Positions 59,212 to 64,000 of a stretch of DNA of 64,000 nt are shown here, in pieces. Numbering within the stretch: the first letter of the stretch is position 1; the number at the start of each line of letters is the position of its first letter. A program made the translations under genes and the position numbers. The DNA is from Erysipelotrichaceae bacterium (lineage in GTDB: Bacteria; Bacillota_I; Bacilli_A; Erysipelotrichales; Erysipelotrichaceae): positions 6,241 through 70,240 of the forward strand of contig JAPXMY010000004.1 of assembly GCA_033808805.1 (NCBI GenBank), given 5' to 3'. The notes below the pieces were generated by a model. It saw only the letters and a list, made by a program, of their open reading frames with translations. It was not told the origin of the DNA and did not search any database.

Positions 59212-60444
59212 TTATTTTATCAGCAATAGATATAAATCGTTAACATTTGTATCTGTTGGACCAGTGATAATCAACTGATCTAATTGTTTAAGACAGCTGT
59301 GACTGTCATAGTTATTCAAACAGGCATTAATATCTAATCCTAAGGACAGTGATTTATTGAAGGTGGTGTTATCTACATAACCACCGGCAGCATCAGTAGG
59401 GCCATCGCTGCCATCTGAGCCAATGCATGCGATAGTCGTATTTTTAAAATCTTTTATTTTCTCTGCACATGATAAAGCCAGATGCTGACATCGTCCTCCT
59501 AGACCATCTCCTTTTACTTCGATGGTTATTTCTCCAGTAAAGATAAAGGCTAGTTTGGCATTTTGATGTTGATTTGTAGATGCTAAACCAATCAGTTTAT
59601 CTTTAAGAAGCTGGAAGTTGTAATTAACATTATTTTCAACAATAGTTGAGTGATACCCCAGTTGGCTGCAGATTTCTTTAGCGTTGGCAGCCAGCATTTT
59701 TACTGAGCCAATAAGAGTAGTTCTAATATTGTCTAAATCTTTGATGGTATCATTGTTAATGACTGATTCAGGAAGTTGCAGATTGTATTTTTTGTTTATT
59801 TCAATTACCTGCTCTTTAACAGTTGAATCATTGACTGTTGGTCCTGAACCTATTGAATCGATACCATCAGAAATGACATCACTTAAAATAAAGTTATGTA
59901 CAGTAGCAGGATAGCAATGTCTGGCAAACTTTCCGGCTTTAACATTGGAAAGTCTTTTTCTGATGATATTGATTTCCTGGATATTGGCATTTGAATAGAT
60001 CAGCTTTTCATTAATCTTTTGAAGATAGTTTAAATCAAAATCAGTGTCTTCAAAAAGAGCACTGGCTCCACCAGATAGAAGAAAAACGACATCATCATTA
60101 CTGCTTAATTGTGCAGTTAATTCTAAAACCCTTTTGGTAGCTTTCAGACTGTTTTCATCCACAATAGGATGACCGGCTTCATAGAGTTCAAAATTATCTA
60201 TTTTACCTTTACTATGATTATATTTAGTAATAATGATTCCTTTATCAATTTTTTTATCAATTAATTGAGCTACTGTTTCAGCCATCAGCCAGCTGGCTTT
60301 ACCTATCGCTATGACAAGTAGTTTACCACTATTAAAAGTAACGTCTTTTAAATATTTTTTTAAAGCTACATCAGGTTTGCTCTGATTAATTGAGTAATCA
60401 ATTATTTTATAAATATCACTGTTCATACCTTTATTATAGTTCAT
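59212..60444 (-). CDS. Glycerate 2-kinase (DUF4147 + MOFRL type)
   Basis: VIAIGKASWLMAE N-terminal domain, LLSGGASAL, and a C-terminal MOFRL-like segment GSDGSDGPTDAAGG. Confidence 0.75.
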   Translation of the reverse strand: MNYNKGMNSDIYKIIDYSINQSKPDVALKKYLKDVTFNSGKLLVIAIGKASWLMAETVAQLIDKKIDKGIIITKYNHSKGKIDNFELYEAGHPIVDENSLKATKRVLELTAQLSSNDDVVFLLSGGASALFEDTDFDLNYLQKINEKLIYSNANIQEINIIRKRLSNVKAGKFARHCYPATVHNFILSDVISDGIDSIGSGPTVNDSTVKEQVIEINKKYNLQLPESVINNDTIKDLDNIRTTLIGSVKMLAANAKEICSQLGYHSTIVENNVNYNFQLLKDKLIGLASTNQHQNAKLAFIFTGEITIEVKGDGLGGRCQHLALSCAEKIKDFKNTTIACIGSDGSDGPTDAAGGYVDNTTFNKSLSLGLDINACLNNYDSHSCLKQLDQLIITGPTDTNVNDLYLLLIK

Positions 60445-60549
60445 TAACAGAAAAAATATTAAAACTTTATAAAAAGCAATGATATTTATTACTGTAAAAA
60501 AGAATTTGGTATAATAAAGTCAGTTAGATAAGAATTTGGAGATATAAAA

Positions 60550-61074
60550 ATGTTTTATTTTATTAGACATGGAAAAACTGATTATTCAGAAAAAAATACA
60601 AAAATATATAAAGGCTTTGGCGTAAATCTGTCGAAGCTTTCAGAATTGGGCATTTCACAGGTGAAAAAGACGGCCAAAGATAAAAGACTTAAAAAGGCCG
60701 ATATAATTATCAGCTCTCCTTATACAAGAGCATTGCAGACAGCAGCAATTCTATCAAGAGAATTGGATATTGATATTATGATAGAAACCGATCTGCATGA
60801 ATGGCTGGCAAATAAAAGCTATATATTTGAAAGCGATGAAGCAGAAGAAAAAGCCTATCTTGAATATAAAAGTGAAAAAGGCCGATATCCCGATGGTGAA
60901 GAACGATTATGGGAAAGTGCTGATTGTATAAAAAAACGTGTCTTGAAAGTATTGAATAAATACCATGATTACAAGCGAGTAATAGTTGTCGGTCATGGAA
61001 CAATGATAAAAGCGACAACAGGAGTAGAACAGGTTAAATGTGCTGAAATCATTGAATTTAATTTAATTGACTAA
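60550..61074 (+). CDS. Histidine phosphatase (phosphoglycerate mutase superfamily)
   Basis: RHG motif FIRHGKTDYS and a second catalytic His in VVGHGTMI. Confidence 0.8.
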   Translation: MFYFIRHGKTDYSEKNTKIYKGFGVNLSKLSELGISQVKKTAKDKRLKKADIIISSPYTRALQTAAILSRELDIDIMIETDLHEWLANKSYIFESDEAEEKAYLEYKSEKGRYPDGEERLWESADCIKKRVLKVLNKYHDYKRVIVVGHGTMIKATTGVEQVKCAEIIEFNLID

Positions 61075-61105
61075 TTATACATACTGTAATGTGAGGAGAT
61101 TTACT

Positions 61106-61468
61106 ATGAAAAATAAGAAAAACCTATTGACGGCTCTATTGTCTCTTATCATTTTATTTGCAGGATATCTTTTAGTGAGATACCCATTGTTTGAAACTCA
61201 TGGAATGAAGGGATGGCCACGTTTTCTGCTTGTTATATGTGTTTTTATAATCGCTATCTCATATATATCAAAAGCAAAGATATTACCTTTAGCGACTTCA
61301 ATTTCATATATGGTTGGATTCTTTACTGGCCTTCTATTTCACACAACAGTAGTTGATGATATCGTTGGAAGTACTGATAATTTGTGGATTATTTGGACTG
61401 TTGTGATTCTCGTCACAGTAATTATTTCTGGAATTGCGGATTTTTTGTCAGCAAGAAAGAAAAATTGA
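61106..61468 (+). CDS. Small integral membrane protein (4 predicted TM helices)
   Basis: ATG 61106 follows GAGGAG. Hydrophobic throughout. No recognised family. Confidence 0.6.
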   Translation: MKNKKNLLTALLSLIILFAGYLLVRYPLFETHGMKGWPRFLLVICVFIIAISYISKAKILPLATSISYMVGFFTGLLFHTTVVDDIVGSTDNLWIIWTVVILVTVIISGIADFLSARKKN

Positions 61469-61582
61469 TTTTATTTCAATTGCTTATACTCCAGTTTTCA
61501 GATTGTTGAAAAGAAAAAAATTAATTAAAGGCAAAATATTTCAGCGAGCAATCTAAAACATTCTTACAGGTAAATGAAAATC

Positions 61583-61611
61583 AAAAAACCTCTTGCAGAT
61601 AAAGAGGTTTT
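61583..61611 (-). terminator. Terminator downstream of tRNA-Gln
   Basis: Stem aaaacctctt / aagaggtttt. On the minus strand it is followed by TTTTTT. Confidence 0.6.
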
Positions 61612-61618
61612 CTTGTCA

Positions 61619-61693
61619 TGGCTGGGGATAAAGGATTTGAACCTTTGAATGACGGAGTCAGAGTCCGTTGCCTTACCGCTTGGCTAATCCCCA
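61619..61693 (-). tRNA. tRNA-Gln (anticodon CUG), CCA encoded
   Basis: The reverse complement folds as a cloverleaf: acceptor TGGGGAT/ATCCCCA, anticodon stem ACGGA/TCCGT with loop CTCTGAC, T-arm AAAGG-TTCAAAT-CCTTT. 75 nt. Closely resembles Bacillus tRNA-Gln. Confidence 0.9.
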
Positions 61694-61705
61694 AATTGCT
61701 AGTTT

Positions 61706-61734
61706 ATTATACAATAAGAAATTGTAAATATCAA
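61706..61734 (-). promoter_or_regulatory. Sigma-A promoter of tRNA-Gln
   Basis: On the minus strand: TTGATA, 17-nt spacer, TATAAT. The -10 ends 12 nt before the mature 5' end. Confidence 0.55.
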
Positions 61735-61955
61735 TCAAGTATTGAAATCATCACACAAAAATAATAAATTTTCATTACAAACTTGAATTGAAAATACAAA
61801 CACTTTTTCATTTGAAAAGAAAATATTTTCATAAAAATTTATTCATTTATTAGAAAAGTACATATAAATATTTATTTTTTTCTATCAATATAGTATAATG
61901 AGCATGGTAGAAAATAAATTTCAATAGATTGTTATTAGAGAGGGCGTCTAAAGAA

Positions 61956-62498
61956 ATGAAAATATTTAAAAAAATCTGCAGTTGGTTAACAACTGTTATT
62001 GTTGTCTGTGTTTTTTTGGTTGCTTTATTTCTGGTGGGCACAAAATTTGCTGGAATAAAGATTTTTTCAGTTATTTCTGGATCTATGGAGCCTGCTTACC
62101 GGATGGGCTCTTTAATATTTGTTAAACCTGTTAAATATACGGAAGTGAAAGTAGGAGATGCTATCACTTTTGTTTTGTCTGATGAGACAATCGCTACTCA
62201 TAGAGTAATAGCAATTTCAGATGATAATAAATATTTTTCTACCCAAGGGGATGCTAATGATTTTGAGGATGGAAATCCTGTTTACTTTGAAAATCTAATT
62301 GGCGTTCCTGTTTTTACTGTGCCTGTTCTGGGATATGTTGCAAACTTTATTCAACGCCCACCAGGGTCATATATTACTATAATATTTTGCGCAGCCATGA
62401 TACTGTTGGTGTTTTTGCCTGACTTTCTTGGTAATTCAGAATCTAAAGAAGAAAAGTCAGCCAAAAAATTAATAACACCTAAATATCATAAAATATAA
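61956..62498 (+). CDS. sipW: Signal peptidase I, SipW (archaeal/eukaryotic-like) type
   Basis: N-terminal TM helix, then the catalytic SGSMEP motif, THRV, and a C-terminal TM. Adjacent to TasA-like genes. ATG at 61956 (the TTG at 61929 is less likely). Confidence 0.85.
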   Translation: MKIFKKICSWLTTVIVVCVFLVALFLVGTKFAGIKIFSVISGSMEPAYRMGSLIFVKPVKYTEVKVGDAITFVLSDETIATHRVIAISDDNKYFSTQGDANDFEDGNPVYFENLIGVPVFTVPVLGYVANFIQRPPGSYITIIFCAAMILLVFLPDFLGNSESKEEKSAKKLITPKYHKI

Positions 62499-62528
62499 AT
62501 TTCATAAGAATGCAGAGGAGGAAATATT

Positions 62529-63092
62529 ATGCAAACTAAAACTAAGAAATTATTAATTGCGATTGTTTCAGTATTGATTCTAATCACTGGTACTATTGGA
62601 GCTACTTTAGCGTGGTTTACTGATAAGACACCAACGATTCAAAATACCTTTACGGTAGGCAATATTGACATCAAATTGGAAGAAACTGAAAGAACTTATA
62701 AAATGGTTCCAGGCTACACTCTTCCCAAAGATCCTACAGTAACAGTAGAAAAGGGTTCTGTTGATTGCTGGTTATTTATTAAAATTGATAAGTCAACGAA
62801 TTTAGATAATTTTATTGAATATACAGTAGCTGATGGATGGTTACTGTTAGAACCAAATATATATTATCGTGAAGTTGCTGCTAACGAATCGGCAGATCAA
62901 TCATTTGCGGTACTGAAAGATAATCAGGTTACTGTAAAAACTACTGTAACAAAAGAAATGATGGAAAAATTGACTGGTACAGCAGGTGAAAATCCTTATC
63001 CAACACTATCGTTTACAGCTTACGCAATACAGAAACATGGTTTCAATACTGCTGCTTTAGCTTGGGCTGAAGTCAGTACAACAACACCATAG
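62529..63092 (+). CDS. TasA/CalY (camelysin)-like secreted fibre protein with a SipW-type signal peptide
   Basis: GATLAWFTDKTPTIQNTFTVGNIDIKL matches the TasA/CalY N-terminal pattern (AxF[ST]D...NTF..G..D). GGAGG RBS. Confidence 0.8.
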   Translation: MQTKTKKLLIAIVSVLILITGTIGATLAWFTDKTPTIQNTFTVGNIDIKLEETERTYKMVPGYTLPKDPTVTVEKGSVDCWLFIKIDKSTNLDNFIEYTVADGWLLLEPNIYYREVAANESADQSFAVLKDNQVTVKTTVTKEMMEKLTGTAGENPYPTLSFTAYAIQKHGFNTAALAWAEVSTTTP

Positions 63093-63173
63093 GAAATTTA
63101 AATTTAAAACGGAAGTTCAGGTTTTTTCACTGGACCGAGACTAATTAAAATATCTTAGTTATCAATATGCATG

Positions 63174-63189
63174 CCTAACTTCAGTTAGG
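63174..63189 (+). promoter_or_regulatory. Short hairpin between the two TasA-like genes
   Basis: cctaac-ttca-gttagg, no T-run. Possible processing or attenuation site. Confidence 0.25.
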
Positions 63190-63284
63190 TGTGTAGATGA
63201 ATAATCAAATATTTTTAATTATTTTTCTATGCAGAAATGTGATATGTAAAGATATTGCTACGTTTGTAAAAAGGAGAGATAGAT

Positions 63285-63848
63285 ATGAAAAGGAGAGTTT
63301 TTGTTACATCTATTATAGTTATATTACTTTCAATAGGTGCTTTGAGTACGCATGCTTATATTGTGGCTCAGGGTACAGCAACAAATATCATCACAACGGG
63401 GAAAGTGAAAATTGAATTAAAAGAATATACGCTAGATGAAAATAATAAAAGAATAGAATATGGTAACGAACCAATAGCTGTTATCCCATCAATGCAGGTT
63501 GATAAGATTGTCAATGTTAAAAATGTGGGCAATCAACCGGCATATGTCAGAGTGTCAGTCAAAGTGCTGGTTAATTCACAGACTCAGCAGAACCCGGACT
63601 TGAGCAAAATTATTATTGACTACAATCAGACAGATTGGACATTTAAAGATGGTTATTGGTATTACATGGCAGTTTTAAATGCTGGAGAAACTACAAAGGA
63701 CCTTTTCACTTCAGTAGAATTTTCAGCAAATATGGGAAATGAGTTTATGAATAGTACTGTTACAGTAGATATACAGGCGCAGGCAACACAGTTTGCTAAT
63801 CAAAATGTAGCTGATGCAACAGATGCAAAAGGTTGGCCAACAGATTAA
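63285..63848 (+). CDS. Second, divergent TasA/camelysin-like secreted protein
   Basis: Signal peptide, then AYIVAQGTATNIITTGKVKIEL (same spacing pattern as the first). AGGAGAG RBS. Confidence 0.7.
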   Translation: MKRRVFVTSIIVILLSIGALSTHAYIVAQGTATNIITTGKVKIELKEYTLDENNKRIEYGNEPIAVIPSMQVDKIVNVKNVGNQPAYVRVSVKVLVNSQTQQNPDLSKIIIDYNQTDWTFKDGYWYYMAVLNAGETTKDLFTSVEFSANMGNEFMNSTVTVDIQAQATQFANQNVADATDAKGWPTD

Positions 63849-63860
63849 AAGGAGGTAAAT

Positions 63861-64000
63861 ATGAAATTATCAATTAAAAAAGTATTGTTTATCTTATTGA
63901 CCTTACTGGCAATTACAACTACTTCAGTGCTTGCTGCCGGACAGGTAATCTACGATGGTGATGCTCAAGAATTTATCTTTATACCGGGCACTGGTTCAAC
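63861..64000 (+). CDS. Secreted protein, N-terminal fragment (runs off the window)
   Basis: ATG follows AGGAGG. Signal peptide MKLSIKKVLFILLTLLAITTTSVLAAG. Open to the window end. Confidence 0.6.
   Translation, partial: MKLSIKKVLFILLTLLAITTTSVLAAGQVIYDGDAQEFIFIPGTGS

Noticed and set aside
63197-63415. A 72-aa ORF overlapping the start of the second TasA-like gene.
   Set aside because: It is in a different frame from a well-supported CDS, has no RBS, and gives a Cys/Tyr/Ile-rich translation with no recognisable features.
1-64000. Mollicutes-type genetic code (TGA = Trp), CRISPR arrays, rRNA genes, and transposase, integrase or prophage genes.
   Set aside because: TGA terminates well-defined genes (for example PfkB at 15483-15485, LivF at 33285-33287 and FAH1 at 36072-36074), and Trp is encoded by TGG. 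I saw no repeat-spacer array, no rRNA-like sequence and no recombinase-like ORF in any frame of the track.

Overview
This is a 64-kb window from a low-GC Bacillota-type chromosome that uses the standard genetic code (TGA is a stop, TGG encodes Trp). I could not place the lineage more precisely from the sequence.

Backbone: the ribosomal super-operon. The str operon rpsL-rpsG-fusA-tuf lies at 9.8-14.0 kb. An uninterrupted S10-spc-alpha block, rpsJ to rplQ, lies at 38.1-51.7 kb. That block includes rpmJ, which the ORF track misses, and it lacks rpmD and map.

Upstream (0-9.6 kb): the tail of an ABC importer whose ATPase carries large insertions, a complete oppABCDF-type peptide importer, and an amidohydrolase.

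Between tuf and rpsJ there are about 24 kb of accessory metabolism:
- an orphan EIIA(Man), a PfkB kinase and a serine hydrolase;
- a LysR / DASS anion transporter / ApgM-like module;
- a 17-kb regulon-like catabolic locus (20.5-37.9 kb). It combines a PrpR_N-type but GAFTGA-less, Walker-B-less pseudo-enhancer-binding regulator, a PdxA-family / 2-hydroxyacid dehydrogenase / DUF1537 acid-sugar-kinase triad, three DapA-family aldolases, two FAH-family proteins, an Fe-alcohol dehydrogenase, a second 2-hydroxyacid dehydrogenase and a Liv-type ABC importer.

Downstream of rplQ the usual synteny is replaced by a lipoprotein gene, an 822-aa protein and an all-beta hypothetical gene. The 822-aa stand-alone protein fuses a complete adenosine-deaminase core to a LOG/SLOG-like C-terminal domain. 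It is my top candidate for an undescribed nucleotide-sensing effector.

The window ends with a CofE-like ligase plus glycerate 2-kinase operon, a histidine phosphatase, a solitary tRNA-Gln(CUG), and a SipW / TasA-like secreted-fibre locus.

I found no CRISPR array, rRNA, transposase or integrase. All functional calls come from motif recognition by eye, and no database search was run.
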